Virus record (IMG/VR): IMGVR_UViG_3300032229_000759
Location: 32,001 to 96,000 of that record
Source of the DNA: a virus
Direction: 5' to 3' (one strand)
Length of the DNA: 64,000 nt
Part shown: in pieces, positions 11,201 to 22,063 of the stretch
Numbering within the stretch: the stretch's first letter is position 1
Layout of the letters: each line of letters begins with the position of its first letter
Position numbers and translations under genes: made by a program
Notes under the pieces: generated by a model
Told to the model about the DNA's origin: nothing
The model's database searches: none
Seen by the model: only the letters and a program-made list of their open reading frames with translations

Positions 11201-13501
11201 TGGGGCCTGGCTAGTGTTTTAAGATTAGCTGGTAACAAACCTTCCTTAACTATAAATAATTCATCACAGAATGTGGGAATGATGAAAAAAGCTTCTTGTC
11301 CAGCCTTCGCCGCCCTACCTGTGCAATTCAATAGGGCAACTTATGGCCCATGGATTAATCATCCTGGTTTAGTTGGTAATTTAATTTTTCCTGGATTAAA
11401 TAATGTAGATAATTTAGTAAATAATATTGTTGGTGGGGTTAAGGTAGACGTAGACACCGGACTAGTGCCGTGGGAGTATGGTGGTATGGATGCTCTAGAC
11501 GCTGCTGTTATGAATAGAATTAAGGACGATATCAACTATCAACAGATTACTGAACAAGGAACTTTGGATGTTGCTGGTTTGGTGTTTGCTGGTCCTGGTA
11601 ATGCTCCATATGGTATTGGTGGTATTTTATCAGAATCTGCAAACGCAACTGCTGGGCCTATTATTAATAATATTAATATTTCTATAGGAGAAGGTGGAAT
11701 AACAACAAGGTATGGTTTAAGAACCTATGTTAAAAAAATAGGATTCTTCAATAAAGAAAATGCAGATAGAATTAAACAAATTAATTTAGAATTCTTAAAA
11801 AGACGACGAGAACTAAATAATAAAGTTAACGATAGTACAGCATATTTCAAAAGCAATGCTTTTACTAGTTCACAAGGAAATGGACTAGCTCCTGGAGAAA
11901 CACCAAAGCCATTAAGATGGAGTCCTTTAGAAGTACTAGCAGGAGGAGCATATCCCCATGTGCATTATACTAGCTCTGTTGATAATGCTTTTACTGATTT
12001 AGGATTTAGTCCATATTGGTCTCAAAAACCATATGGCAACAATGTTGAATATAGACCAAAAGATATGGCTAGATATTTAACTAACGTAGCAGTACAAGAT
12101 ATACAAGAATTGCCCAGAGAAATTCAGGATGATTTTGCTAATAAGTCTTTTATGAGTTTAGACGGTCTTTTGTCTCCTATATCTTTTTATCCTACTCCAT
12201 ACGGCTCTACATATAATATTACTAAATATCCTCGTTCTAGATGTCCTTTTTGTAAAGGTAGCAACGAATATTCTTGGGAAAGATATGATTTGTCTCGTAA
12301 TAAAAACGGTTTGCCCAGATCGATTTCTGAGTTACAAAATTTAAAAATCACAATAAAAGAAAAACCCTGTCCATTCTGTGAAGAAGATGTACAGAAAGAT
12401 AAAAGAAAATATATTAGCGCCTCTCCAAAAGAAACTACTCCGCCATATATTTTAGCAAGCGGAGAAGATGATCTTACTATTATTTCGCGCAATAGTTTGA
12501 ATGCTTTGAGTGGACTTAGTGGAAATCCTGTTATTAATTATGGAACACTAAATCCTATATTGTTACCTAGTGGCGAATTTAGCTGTTATCAAAATAGACA
12601 ACAGAATGATTTTACTTCTCACTCTATAGATCTGGTAGGATTTGGCTTAACCGTACCAGAAAATGAAAATTCGCTTAAGCCTGCTTATAGTGCAGATATA
12701 GAAAAAAACTTTTTAGATTATGATCAAAACTATATAGATTATTGCCAAGCTAATAATCAACAACCCATAGGCATTACGCCATCTAATAATATGAGATTTT
12801 TTGGTTTACGAGGACCGCTAATGGTACACGGTTGGGGTTATGATTTAGAGGGCTATCCTGTTCCTAATGCTTCTGGTGAATATAAGCTTCAAAACGGACA
12901 ACCAGTGAAAGACGAGAAAGATAATCATATATATAAAAATCAAACTAGAAATCCAGATGGCTCGTGGACTAAACCATATAAAGAAAATAGTTTTTATAAA
13001 GGCTGGGGACAGTTACCCGGCACATGGCCGGTTGGTCCTATAGATTTGCGATGGGACGAAAAAGCTGGTGTATGGACAGTTGGAGCAAATTATAAGTCGG
13101 TATGGATTGTACTAGAAACAGACCTAGTAAAAGGACAACCATCTAGAGGAACAATATTAGAAGATCAAATAGATAATAGTCCTCTACCGTCTGGTATAAG
13201 AAGACTAGTTTTTGTTAAGGACACACTAGGGGTCAGACCAGCACCCAGAGCAGCCCCGGTTTATTGTAAATATAATGGAGAAAATGGTTTTTATGAACCC
13301 ATATATAGCACAGTTTATACTAGTTCTGGTATTATAGCGGGAGATAACTCTGTAGATATGTATACTATATATAATAATACTAATAATACTACCTATAATA
13401 CTAAATTTGATAATCCTTTAGACTTTAATGTTAATAATGGGGACAAGGGCTTGTTTTCTTATATTAATGGTGTCTGGGTTTTACAGTCATATAGGTGCTG
13501 A
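8243..13501 (+). CDS. Large tail-tip/baseplate hub-like virion protein
   Basis: 1752 aa in the tail block; hub-like segments (FLGCSVTSFNMNLGWG; ISIGEGGITTRY); two CPFC motifs. Confidence 0.5.
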   Translation: MPSIKTCGGSFIEVGPYEQTLFLGCSVTSFNMNLGWGADASNITVNLTQDSCHHPVSQRSGPLRTLATSKDSLPANAPSTALNNVNGISDDASKNLHRPVIKNVLNQFAEDSPGKVYWTLNGKGYWAGPDPGFVGKYYDIIGAPAYFKFMDGIEFGGVIADWKVNNSLQYEVNIKSYASLLGGCQLIIDNYIGSISTIINDNIAVPSLTLGDFSGSVKRGNVPNVFNIYGYLESYGFGTAGKTDGGVSALQIYRALQDLTNGTQGPYSPYGAIVAKHLTTLEGGFVNVSSTNMTVDGLSISLANLGLSPNIPAIDGISRTLLKLDISEVPVPPNDLYISSSYISILDFISRICSGAGFDFYVSFEKDLSGNFSGILKIKTVSRRVQPKKDIIRNIINQAVTQGQKIVSYNYGQEFNDQETRSMYIGGPQKRLLQVLSTHLSNKQSSLVFDPYAKDGGGAFINYDFSDGQHNYIRVPDEGNYRMNQYSTDGGAAVGQNNTIDNFNQSDSLGNSLTIAKGNYYPSEQVVTQDNTTSQNPLLRNTNSYPLYLDLISPFFGTHGDNSGQSESSNSVSYQEPRKVFLDTKMGQLQVAFRTNDITTILSKPYFSNGEFVVLENELRAAGSGFESWFTYCFDNIFSTDIADLLYASFRNNYPKFANKNKFLAGLSIINWNSISKSSAVQANDPRPYAINIDNAQPYVKFLYNDLQKVHAFFQKIAQEHYGKQYMVRTPRMQWYRDGDLKVSFGNFAYPGSGKIFTDWEISPDGAWEEPGNVIDDTMVVGSTQADLFCGDDGKIQPILGFNANGELGSRDLWITTNLSNLNNPHLIGSLRLVQTQSAVTANNNLEPFFYFPLEHNLDPDSYLYIKYTSPLKSLGGLGNTDSSMLNLKTAHGTSIPDSWHYKMYVKSTANDKILYLDGQPRAVISTPSPILVGGGKNDTEDSLFFCCLHDAICILNNGSTMPRGASTSGPRLKNSLNNLSTILFSWGLASVLRLAGNKPSLTINNSSQNVGMMKKASCPAFAALPVQFNRATYGPWINHPGLVGNLIFPGLNNVDNLVNNIVGGVKVDVDTGLVPWEYGGMDALDAAVMNRIKDDINYQQITEQGTLDVAGLVFAGPGNAPYGIGGILSESANATAGPIINNINISIGEGGITTRYGLRTYVKKIGFFNKENADRIKQINLEFLKRRRELNNKVNDSTAYFKSNAFTSSQGNGLAPGETPKPLRWSPLEVLAGGAYPHVHYTSSVDNAFTDLGFSPYWSQKPYGNNVEYRPKDMARYLTNVAVQDIQELPREIQDDFANKSFMSLDGLLSPISFYPTPYGSTYNITKYPRSRCPFCKGSNEYSWERYDLSRNKNGLPRSISELQNLKITIKEKPCPFCEEDVQKDKRKYISASPKETTPPYILASGEDDLTIISRNSLNALSGLSGNPVINYGTLNPILLPSGEFSCYQNRQQNDFTSHSIDLVGFGLTVPENENSLKPAYSADIEKNFLDYDQNYIDYCQANNQQPIGITPSNNMRFFGLRGPLMVHGWGYDLEGYPVPNASGEYKLQNGQPVKDEKDNHIYKNQTRNPDGSWTKPYKENSFYKGWGQLPGTWPVGPIDLRWDEKAGVWTVGANYKSVWIVLETDLVKGQPSRGTILEDQIDNSPLPSGIRRLVFVKDTLGVRPAPRAAPVYCKYNGENGFYEPIYSTVYTSSGIIAGDNSVDMYTIYNNTNNTTYNTKFDNPLDFNVNNGDKGLFSYINGVWVLQSYRC

Positions 13502-13506
13502 GAATT

Positions 13507-16500
13507 ATGGGATGTTGTTCTATATTTAATAAATCTTTATTTAGTGACGTAAATATAGAGAACTTAGATTGTAATATTGATAGCTTAAAAAAGTTTATAC
13601 GCTCATACGACGATTCTATCAGCGGCTTGTGGCTTCCTATTATAATAAAACCAGACCAGAAAGCAGAGTATGGGGAATTATTGTCTCCGGCTCGCACCAC
13701 TATCAACAACCCTTTTGATCCTTGTAATTGTGTTTCTGATATTTCTAATGATTATAATGAGTTAGAGTCCGATACGGCATTTAATTGCTCTTATTGCTTA
13801 TCTATGCTTCCTACGAATTTTTCTAAGTCTTGGAAATTAAAAGACACTGACGGCAACGAATCAACTCAATCTTTTATTGCTGACTGCACAAGCGGCGCTT
13901 GCGACACAAGAATGCAAAAAGATGATTATTTAGCAAAAATTCCTTATATTAATCAAAAATACATCAATCAATTCTCAGACTTCAAATATTTACAAGAATT
14001 TCCTTCCATAACCAATGGAGGACTGGGTTTTGAGCATTTTGTATTTTCCCAGGGCGGAGCGCAGCTTAATAGTTTTTCTTACACTTCTAATAAATTTTAT
14101 ATCGACTGGGTGTTAAAGCCATGTTTATCGGAAATTCCTTATGATCCTTTAACGTCTTCATATAATAGCAAAGATGATCACGATAAAGCATATGCTAGAG
14201 CAATGCAAACAAATAAAACTTGTGGTAATTTTATTTTAACCACAGTTAATCCTTCCTATTCGGGTATCAATCCTTATTATCCTATTTTTAGTGGTTTAAT
14301 AGGTGACCCCGAGCAAGGTTCTGTAAGAGACTCTTATTCTAAATTATTGCCCAAAGCAGAAGATTTTACTTCTCCTTATGGCTTTACCAATCATACTTAT
14401 GACAATATTTTTGTTAAAACAGAAAGATTAGGATCTTATTGGAAATGGAACTATAAAGAAGGTATTTTAGGATGGTATAGACATTTTGATAAAGACAAAA
14501 AAGATGACACAAGGCCCATTAAAGGCATAGATTTATATATTGCTCCTGGTGATGTTTTTTGGGCAACTAATCAAGGACCAGAGCCTCCCCCAATAGCTAA
14601 TAGAGGAAATCCAGATATTAAAAGCTGTCCATCCGGCTTAAAACTTATTAAAAATAATATAGTTACAGGCGTTATTCCTAGCGGATCAGAATTTACATAT
14701 ATTTCTAGTAATCTATACTCTAGATTTTTAAATATTTATGCTAGAATAGATAAAAATGATCAGTTAATTAATTTAACGTCCAATGAGCCAATCAAAAAAT
14801 TTCGTTTGGCAGCTATGTTATGTACAGCTCCTCAATATGACGAAATTACTATTGATTTATTAAAACCCAATAAGGTAGCCGGTTTTGATGAAGCTCCATC
14901 TGTTTTAGAGGGCCGAGGAAAGAACGAAGAGAAAAACTATATTACTATTAATAATTTTGGACAAAATTTAGATTATAATCGAGATATGTCTACTAGCTTT
15001 ATTGGTAGTGTTAATGGTTTTGGTTTTATAAAAACAAAAAGTGATTTAATCAATACATTAGCAAATAAATATGGAGGATATTTGTGGTGTCCTATGGATT
15101 CTACTTTATCTTTAACTTATGATACAAAAATTAAAGACCAGTGTTATATAGATTTAAATTATGATATAGTAGTTAAAAATTCTTTAGTAAAAAATCAGCC
15201 CCAGTGTAGTACAGAAATTGATTGTTCAGAATTTACGGGTAACATATTTTCATATAATCAAAATTTATCACATAAACATACTTTAAGTAGTCAAATTAAT
15301 AGTATCAAAAACTATGCAACATCTTGTAATAACGGAGAGAACACAATAGCAGCAGTGGTACAAACCGCAAAACTATCTTTAAATAATAATAAAATAAAAG
15401 AGATTATAGCTTCCAGTGGTTGTTCCATATTTAATAATACCTATCCAAGAATTATTACTAGTAGCTCTACTAATAGTTGTAGATATTGTGGTCCACAATC
15501 ATCCTACGGACTAGTAACTAGTACAGATAATAATGTTTGTAAGAACGGAGACGGCACACCAGATAATTTTTGTGATTATAAATTGGCAAATTTTTACAAT
15601 AATAGCGAAAATCCACAAGCCGGTTTGATAGGAACCAGAATACCTAGAGAAATCATAGACGGTACACTATATTTTAAAAGACAGTATAACGCGTTTGTAT
15701 TTGATCCCCGAATAGACAAGGCAGCATTTCATCATCAAGACGGCGTTTATTTTGAATCTAATGTTTTTAGTTCAATTTCGGGATCCACCTACTTTCTGCA
15801 AAACTCATCTTCTAGTAGTAACACAGATGGACACGATGTATCTATTCAATTTGACACTAAAAAAGTTGGTATCAAACTATATTCTGTTAAGATAGAGAAA
15901 CTAAGAAGTAGTTCGGAGTCTTCTGCTGATTGTATAGCTTTTCCTAACAATGAGCCGTGTAAATGTTATGGATTAAGTTTGGTGCCATCATTTTTATTTA
16001 ATTGCAGGGATAGCTCTTTCACTTTTACTAATGATCCGGTATTTTTTACTCCTAATTTATCGACTAAATACGGACCTACATTTAAAGCTTATGGCGGATA
16101 TTCAGAAGATTATATTAATAAGTTATTTATAGAATCTAATAATCGTATTCCTAATCATCCAAGAATAGGTTCTGTTTTAAACTATTTATCTAAAAAAATT
16201 GATCCAGAATTTCCATACGGATGTGAACAATCTATTAGCTTAAATTTACCCAATTATGTAAAAAACTCTTGGTCTTTTACTATTTCTAATTTTAATACTA
16301 ATCATGCGGATGTTTGGGCAGAAATTCTAGAAAATGTTGATTTATTCAATCCTAATAATTATAGCGAAAATGAATACGGAGAAACCGAAGCTAGTACTAA
16401 TGTTGGCTATCAAAGATTTGCAAATAAAGTAGAAATTAATAATAAAACATTATATGATAAACAAAAAAAGATTATCTCTACTAAAAATGATTCAATTGGA

Positions 16501-19500
16501 GCTATTAATGTTGTTTTAACTAATCCATATTTAGTTTCTCTTATGGGAAATAGTATATATTTATATCCTCCAAGTGGCACGTTTTGTTCTAATGAAACAG
16601 TATACGGCGGTCGCGGAGATGAACTAACTATAGTTCCTATTAAATTTACCAGAATACCCAGAAAACAAATATTAAATTTTGGTATACATCCTATTCAACC
16701 CATGGGTACTTTAAGCGCCGGGGCTTTTCATCCAAACAAAGGATTAGAATACTCTAATACTACCTCACCTTTTGGCCCTTTATTTACTAATTATTCCTAT
16801 GTTCGTGATGAGTATTATTTTGATTATGATCGAGATATTTTTCCTATTGAAAATACATATACCGATCCAATAACGGGTGTTGAAACAACTACTACTTCTC
16901 CGCAAAGATTCCAAAGCTATGTATTCATTGGAGATCTAACTAAAAAAGTTAAAGACGTATTAAACCAAATTCAAAATTTAAATAACGATGTTTCTAAGCT
17001 TAGGTTGTATTTAAATATTAATAATCAATGGTATATATATAATACTTCAAATTTATTTGGTTATATAGCCAATAATAAAGCTTATAGTGGTCCACCACTA
17101 GCTTTTGAATATACTCATAAAGATTATAAACAAACTTGTCCTATATTAATACCTAGTTCTCCTAAAAAACATATTACTTTTAATTATTTGAGATCTCCTT
17201 TAGATAATGACGTGTTCGAAACAAGACGCTTCAACGACTTTCCTTTGTCAGTAGCTGTAGCAAAAAAATATGATCTATCATATCCATTTATTCCTGAAAT
17301 TTTTAATATTGAAGAAGTTAACAACAAAGTAATTCGTATAGAAGGTATTCGTCCATATTTTATGTTCGAAGAAGAGTTTTTACCCACACAGTCTAATGCT
17401 ACATCTATAGCCGGCTTAGAAAGCACCGTTATAGAAAAAATTAATGAGACTAATCCTTATGTGCATCTTGTGAATAAAGAACAAATTTGGATGTATAAAG
17501 GATACGGAGATAAAAGAGTCGTAGCTTCTTATTTATTAACCGGTCGAGGATCAGATAGTTATTATGATTTTTTGTATACTAATTTTAGCAATCTTAACAT
17601 AGATTTATTAGCTACTAATTCAGATGGATATATACATAATTCTTATAAAAAGATTAGCTCTATACCGTCTATATTTATAGAAGAATCTTATAGTAAAAAT
17701 TCATCCCCATTTATTGCTAAATATTTAAAAATAGAATATGTTGATACTTATGGTAATATAATAAAAAAACAAAATATAAGAAATAACGCTCGTCCTAAAG
17801 CCTATACATATTTTGTGCTAGATGGTAGGAGAAGAGATCTGGGGGATTTACCAGAAAAAATACAACAGATCACGTTGTATCAGTCTCTTCAACAAACACT
17901 AAAGAAAGAATTAGATCCCTATTTGACTAGCATAAATCCAGAACTGCGATCAATATCTTTTGAAGAAAAAATTAGACAAATACTCAGCAATACATATAGC
18001 GACTCTTCTGCTAATGTGCAATTTTTAAAGAATCTTCCTGACAGAGCTAAATGGTCAGATATTTTAAATTTTGACGGCAATATTATTAATGATATTACAA
18101 AATATAATTTTACTATCCATGACCATAAGCGTATCTATCCTAGTAGTTTATATCTAAATAATTTTTATAAATTAATTGTAAATTCTAATAGTAATCATTA
18201 TAACTTTCGTGCTTTATTTAATGGTGAGGATGACTGCAACTATAATGGCAATGTGTATTATTGTATACATCAAAAATATAATACAGAAAATCAAGATAAC
18301 TATAATATTAACAATAATTTATTATCTAATTTTAATAATTATTTACCATATATAGATATAAATATATTTTCTAATCGCTTTAGTTTCAGCGCCCCAACAC
18401 CTTCGGGTACGGTGCAAATAAGTGGTATCCACCAATACTTAGACATTGACCATGACTGGGAATCATATCATAATCCAGTAACAGGATCAGCATTATTTTG
18501 GATTAATATAGACCCAGCATTTGACCTAAAGTCTTGTTTAACTTTTGATCAAAAAATGTATTCTGATACATTTAGAATAGATGATGTGCCATATCAATTA
18601 TATGATATTGATTGTACTACTAATTATAATGCTGATGGATGCCGTCAAACATTTTTCCCAACCGTTCCAAATTCAGAGATTACATCTTATAATGTTTTTA
18701 ATTTTGAAACTGAGTATTTGACAAGAGTTACTGGAACGTCTCCATTTGTAAGATTTCCTGTATATTGTGATTCAGACGCTTTAGATACTTGCGGAAGCAA
18801 ATCGTGTGGTATTAAAACCGTTGGTTCAACATCTTGTAGCGGCATATATAAAATCTATGAAGAAAAAAATATCCCCATTACCGGCATACCAGAAAGTGTG
18901 CCATATATTATATCTTATGAAGGAGGTAATTATAACCCTCTAGGTAATAATCAACCTCACTATATTCAGCGCTTTGAATTATCCCCAGAAAATCCTTTAA
19001 TTGTTAGTTCGGGTTCTTCTTGTTCATTATTGCCATTAAGACCCAAAAGAGATTCCCTAAACAATAATAATAGATTATCTGTTTTAAACGAAGACTATCA
19101 AGCAGCATTAGAAAGCTCAATAGTAAATGATCATTCTGCTACTGTAGTGGACACAGATATATTTGCTAATGAAATGTTATTTAGATTAATGTATGGAGAA
19201 AAACAAAAAATTAATTTAAATACATTAAATAATCAAAATCAAAACATCACATATATGGATTTATTAAAGCATACAGACCCCAAAGTTACTGCCAAAGATA
19301 TATATAAAAATATTCCATATGAATATGATACAACCGCCCCAGTAGAAAACAGAATAATCACCGGATCCATATCTGTACAAGGAACCTTAAAAGTTGGTAA
19401 GTCAGTTAGTATAAGAATAGGCTCCCATAATCTTTCTTGTGGTGTGATTAAAGAGAATGGAGATATAAAAATTCAGGCCAACTATAATGGTGAATCTATT

Positions 19501-21594
19501 GAGGGAATTATACATCAAGAATATGTGGATAATAATTCCATTGCGGTATGTGGAGGACCGTGTTCTTCTCCAGATAGTAATACTACATATAATTTAATTA
19601 AAACATGTCAAGAATTACAACAATATAGTCATTCTTTATCAAGAGTTACTACCGGAGCTACATTGTTTAAACAGTGTCCCAAGCCGTGTGACCAAGGTTG
19701 TACCGAAGACGAATTAACAGACGTATCATTTCCATATTGGTCAGAACCATTACAAATAGGATTAGGGCCAGTGGGTAATGGGCCATGTGTTACTTATGTT
19801 GTATACAGTCCTTGCGCCGGAAACCAGGGCGGATGGTATCAAACTAATCATAATGTTGCTCGGTCTGTAGAAGACGGAATACCACAGGGATGTAGTATTA
19901 TTGCGAGTAATGAGGCAGAAATTAGTTTTAGCACCTACGCTAGAGGAGCGTTTGGAGGATGTTATCCTAAACCAATGAGAACACAAGTATCAGCAGATGG
20001 ACTCTTTAATACAGGAGAAGTAGAAGATTTTAATGGTGGGTTAATGATAAATCAGCCTGGAGCGATAGGAGACGGCATTAATATCACCCAGCCTTCATGC
20101 GGCACGTGTTTCACTCTAGATTATGAAGATCCATTAACTAAAAATAAGTTATATAATGTTTTTGGAGGAGGTTCTTATCCACCTTATCCTGGTAATACTT
20201 CCCAAAGTTGTGAATGCGCTAATTGGGAATATGGCTATTGTAGAAATACCAATAATGCATCTTTATGTGTGTGTAACGGCTTGCAATATGACTATAACGA
20301 ATTTGATTATAATTTTGAATATTGTAGATATAATATTACTTTAAAAGGTTATAAGAGACGAATAAACTATCCTTCTAATAATAGAATAATCACTATTTCT
20401 AAAGCTTGCTCATCAACCTCTGCAGGAACCACTAATGATCCTGGAGAGATTATGGGAGGAGGATCTGGCGGCCGGTCTACTGAAAACTGTATATGGATAG
20501 AATGTCCAGGTGCTATTCCTACAAAATGGCATATTTATGATGTAAAATCTAGAACTCAAAATAATGCATATAATCCTTTATGTCCACAACAATTATGCTC
20601 TGTGAACTATACTAATACCAGCATTACAATAAACCTAGCTTCTGGACAAAGTAAATGTTGGTATTTTACAGAATTAACGAGCAACAATGCTTGTCCATTA
20701 ATCAGTGTATCGGTTCCAGATAATAGCTTTACAGTTAGCGACACCATAGATAGCTATTGTGGATCTTGTTTAAACCAAGAACCAAAATTAACAATGAATC
20801 CTCAACAGCAACCCTGGGATATTATAGAAGAACAAAGAACTTGTGTCTTAGGATATATATTAACAGACGGTAACCCTAACATCGATGGTCCTGTTGGTAT
20901 GGGTGGTAGTGTGTGGTTGGCAGGATATTGCGGCATAAGAGCCTCTTTGTGTTATCAAAGAGAAGGCACAGGCGGCGGTGGACAATGTGGTAAAAATGCT
21001 CCAGATTCTTATCCTTGGAGCACCTGTATTTCTTATTCAGAACCGTCTGTTTGCGTAGGAGGTAATGATTCATCTATTGTGGGAGGCTGTAATATTCCGG
21101 TTAGTTTTCCATATTCTAATGGTAAAGCTGGCGAACGCATAGTATCTTTATGGAAAAAACAAATGTCTCAAATTTGGCTAAATACCGCACCGTGTCATAA
21201 TAATAAAAATAAATATACGGTGGGCGACATTGTGGAGGGGGTGGTGCCTGATTCGTGTAGTGAAGTTAAGTATACTAAAATTAATTATCCTTCTATGTCT
21301 TACAGAGCAACTTTTGGTGATCCGGTGGTTACACAAGGCACGATAGGATTTACAGTAGCATATTATACTTATACTTATCGTAGACCAAAAACTATACAAG
21401 ACGTATTTAAGGGAGAGGCATTAGTAGAACAATGCAATCAGGTTACATCACATAATCCTATAGGATCACTAAATATATCCGAAAAACACAAGACTTTTGG
21501 TTGCAGCAATGTAGCTCAGTGTTATGATACTGATGTTAATGGTTGTGATGATACCAATTATTGTTGTAGATACGGGAAAACTAACTATGAATAA
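13507..21594 (+). CDS. Giant cysteine-rich putative virion protein
   Basis: About 2695 aa (likely ATG 13507, MGCCS). About 83 Cys by manual count, roughly half of them in the last ~700 aa; end of the tail block. Confidence 0.55.
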   Translation: MGCCSIFNKSLFSDVNIENLDCNIDSLKKFIRSYDDSISGLWLPIIIKPDQKAEYGELLSPARTTINNPFDPCNCVSDISNDYNELESDTAFNCSYCLSMLPTNFSKSWKLKDTDGNESTQSFIADCTSGACDTRMQKDDYLAKIPYINQKYINQFSDFKYLQEFPSITNGGLGFEHFVFSQGGAQLNSFSYTSNKFYIDWVLKPCLSEIPYDPLTSSYNSKDDHDKAYARAMQTNKTCGNFILTTVNPSYSGINPYYPIFSGLIGDPEQGSVRDSYSKLLPKAEDFTSPYGFTNHTYDNIFVKTERLGSYWKWNYKEGILGWYRHFDKDKKDDTRPIKGIDLYIAPGDVFWATNQGPEPPPIANRGNPDIKSCPSGLKLIKNNIVTGVIPSGSEFTYISSNLYSRFLNIYARIDKNDQLINLTSNEPIKKFRLAAMLCTAPQYDEITIDLLKPNKVAGFDEAPSVLEGRGKNEEKNYITINNFGQNLDYNRDMSTSFIGSVNGFGFIKTKSDLINTLANKYGGYLWCPMDSTLSLTYDTKIKDQCYIDLNYDIVVKNSLVKNQPQCSTEIDCSEFTGNIFSYNQNLSHKHTLSSQINSIKNYATSCNNGENTIAAVVQTAKLSLNNNKIKEIIASSGCSIFNNTYPRIITSSSTNSCRYCGPQSSYGLVTSTDNNVCKNGDGTPDNFCDYKLANFYNNSENPQAGLIGTRIPREIIDGTLYFKRQYNAFVFDPRIDKAAFHHQDGVYFESNVFSSISGSTYFLQNSSSSSNTDGHDVSIQFDTKKVGIKLYSVKIEKLRSSSESSADCIAFPNNEPCKCYGLSLVPSFLFNCRDSSFTFTNDPVFFTPNLSTKYGPTFKAYGGYSEDYINKLFIESNNRIPNHPRIGSVLNYLSKKIDPEFPYGCEQSISLNLPNYVKNSWSFTISNFNTNHADVWAEILENVDLFNPNNYSENEYGETEASTNVGYQRFANKVEINNKTLYDKQKKIISTKNDSIGAINVVLTNPYLVSLMGNSIYLYPPSGTFCSNETVYGGRGDELTIVPIKFTRIPRKQILNFGIHPIQPMGTLSAGAFHPNKGLEYSNTTSPFGPLFTNYSYVRDEYYFDYDRDIFPIENTYTDPITGVETTTTSPQRFQSYVFIGDLTKKVKDVLNQIQNLNNDVSKLRLYLNINNQWYIYNTSNLFGYIANNKAYSGPPLAFEYTHKDYKQTCPILIPSSPKKHITFNYLRSPLDNDVFETRRFNDFPLSVAVAKKYDLSYPFIPEIFNIEEVNNKVIRIEGIRPYFMFEEEFLPTQSNATSIAGLESTVIEKINETNPYVHLVNKEQIWMYKGYGDKRVVASYLLTGRGSDSYYDFLYTNFSNLNIDLLATNSDGYIHNSYKKISSIPSIFIEESYSKNSSPFIAKYLKIEYVDTYGNIIKKQNIRNNARPKAYTYFVLDGRRRDLGDLPEKIQQITLYQSLQQTLKKELDPYLTSINPELRSISFEEKIRQILSNTYSDSSANVQFLKNLPDRAKWSDILNFDGNIINDITKYNFTIHDHKRIYPSSLYLNNFYKLIVNSNSNHYNFRALFNGEDDCNYNGNVYYCIHQKYNTENQDNYNINNNLLSNFNNYLPYIDINIFSNRFSFSAPTPSGTVQISGIHQYLDIDHDWESYHNPVTGSALFWINIDPAFDLKSCLTFDQKMYSDTFRIDDVPYQLYDIDCTTNYNADGCRQTFFPTVPNSEITSYNVFNFETEYLTRVTGTSPFVRFPVYCDSDALDTCGSKSCGIKTVGSTSCSGIYKIYEEKNIPITGIPESVPYIISYEGGNYNPLGNNQPHYIQRFELSPENPLIVSSGSSCSLLPLRPKRDSLNNNNRLSVLNEDYQAALESSIVNDHSATVVDTDIFANEMLFRLMYGEKQKINLNTLNNQNQNITYMDLLKHTDPKVTAKDIYKNIPYEYDTTAPVENRIITGSISVQGTLKVGKSVSIRIGSHNLSCGVIKENGDIKIQANYNGESIEGIIHQEYVDNNSIAVCGGPCSSPDSNTTYNLIKTCQELQQYSHSLSRVTTGATLFKQCPKPCDQGCTEDELTDVSFPYWSEPLQIGLGPVGNGPCVTYVVYSPCAGNQGGWYQTNHNVARSVEDGIPQGCSIIASNEAEISFSTYARGAFGGCYPKPMRTQVSADGLFNTGEVEDFNGGLMINQPGAIGDGINITQPSCGTCFTLDYEDPLTKNKLYNVFGGGSYPPYPGNTSQSCECANWEYGYCRNTNNASLCVCNGLQYDYNEFDYNFEYCRYNITLKGYKRRINYPSNNRIITISKACSSTSAGTTNDPGEIMGGGSGGRSTENCIWIECPGAIPTKWHIYDVKSRTQNNAYNPLCPQQLCSVNYTNTSITINLASGQSKCWYFTELTSNNACPLISVSVPDNSFTVSDTIDSYCGSCLNQEPKLTMNPQQQPWDIIEEQRTCVLGYILTDGNPNIDGPVGMGGSVWLAGYCGIRASLCYQREGTGGGGQCGKNAPDSYPWSTCISYSEPSVCVGGNDSSIVGGCNIPVSFPYSNGKAGERIVSLWKKQMSQIWLNTAPCHNNKNKYTVGDIVEGVVPDSCSEVKYTKINYPSMSYRATFGDPVVTQGTIGFTVAYYTYTYRRPKTIQDVFKGEALVEQCNQVTSHNPIGSLNISEKHKTFGCSNVAQCYDTDVNGCDDTNYCCRYGKTNYE

Positions 21595-22063
21595 TACTGC
21601 TTACTGTGATTTAAAGAGCACGGGCTCTTCGTTTAATAATAAGCCATTATATAAATGCGAGTATTGTGGTTTAACTGTTGGCTTAGAAGATCCTAATACC
21701 AAAATTATGTGTTTTAAAAAGATAGAGGATCTAGCACACGACATACATAAAAATCATTTACAAGACCCTAATACTTTTAAACCCACCCACCTATCTGATA
21801 AAAAAATACCAGAGCTTATATTAGAGGAAGCTAAAAAAGAAGCTATCAATAATGTCGTTACAGAAAATCAAACAGAAGAATTATGCACCCAAGAAGAGAT
21901 TAACAACAGATTAGCTATTTGCAATACTTGCGAATACTTTAAGGATAGTTCTTGCTTACTATGTGGCTGCGTAGTAGTTAGAGAAGCTAATCATAAAAAT
22001 AAGCTAGCCCATCGTAATCAAAAATGCCCTGCGGATAAATGGGGTCCTATTAATTTACCTTAA
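21587..22063 (+). CDS. Small Cys-rich protein with DUF6171-like C-terminus
   Basis: Likely start ATG 21587, overlapping the upstream stop; C-terminus RLAICNTCEYF..CLLCGC...CPADKW; N-terminal CEYC. Confidence 0.55.
   Translation: MNNTAYCDLKSTGSSFNNKPLYKCEYCGLTVGLEDPNTKIMCFKKIEDLAHDIHKNHLQDPNTFKPTHLSDKKIPELILEEAKKEAINNVVTENQTEELCTQEEINNRLAICNTCEYFKDSSCLLCGCVVVREANHKNKLAHRNQKCPADKWGPINLP

Noticed and set aside
296-21399. Short alternative-frame and antisense ORFs inside the large tail genes
   Set aside because: Fully nested, with no recognisable motifs or ribosome-binding sites; expected shadows of codon bias.
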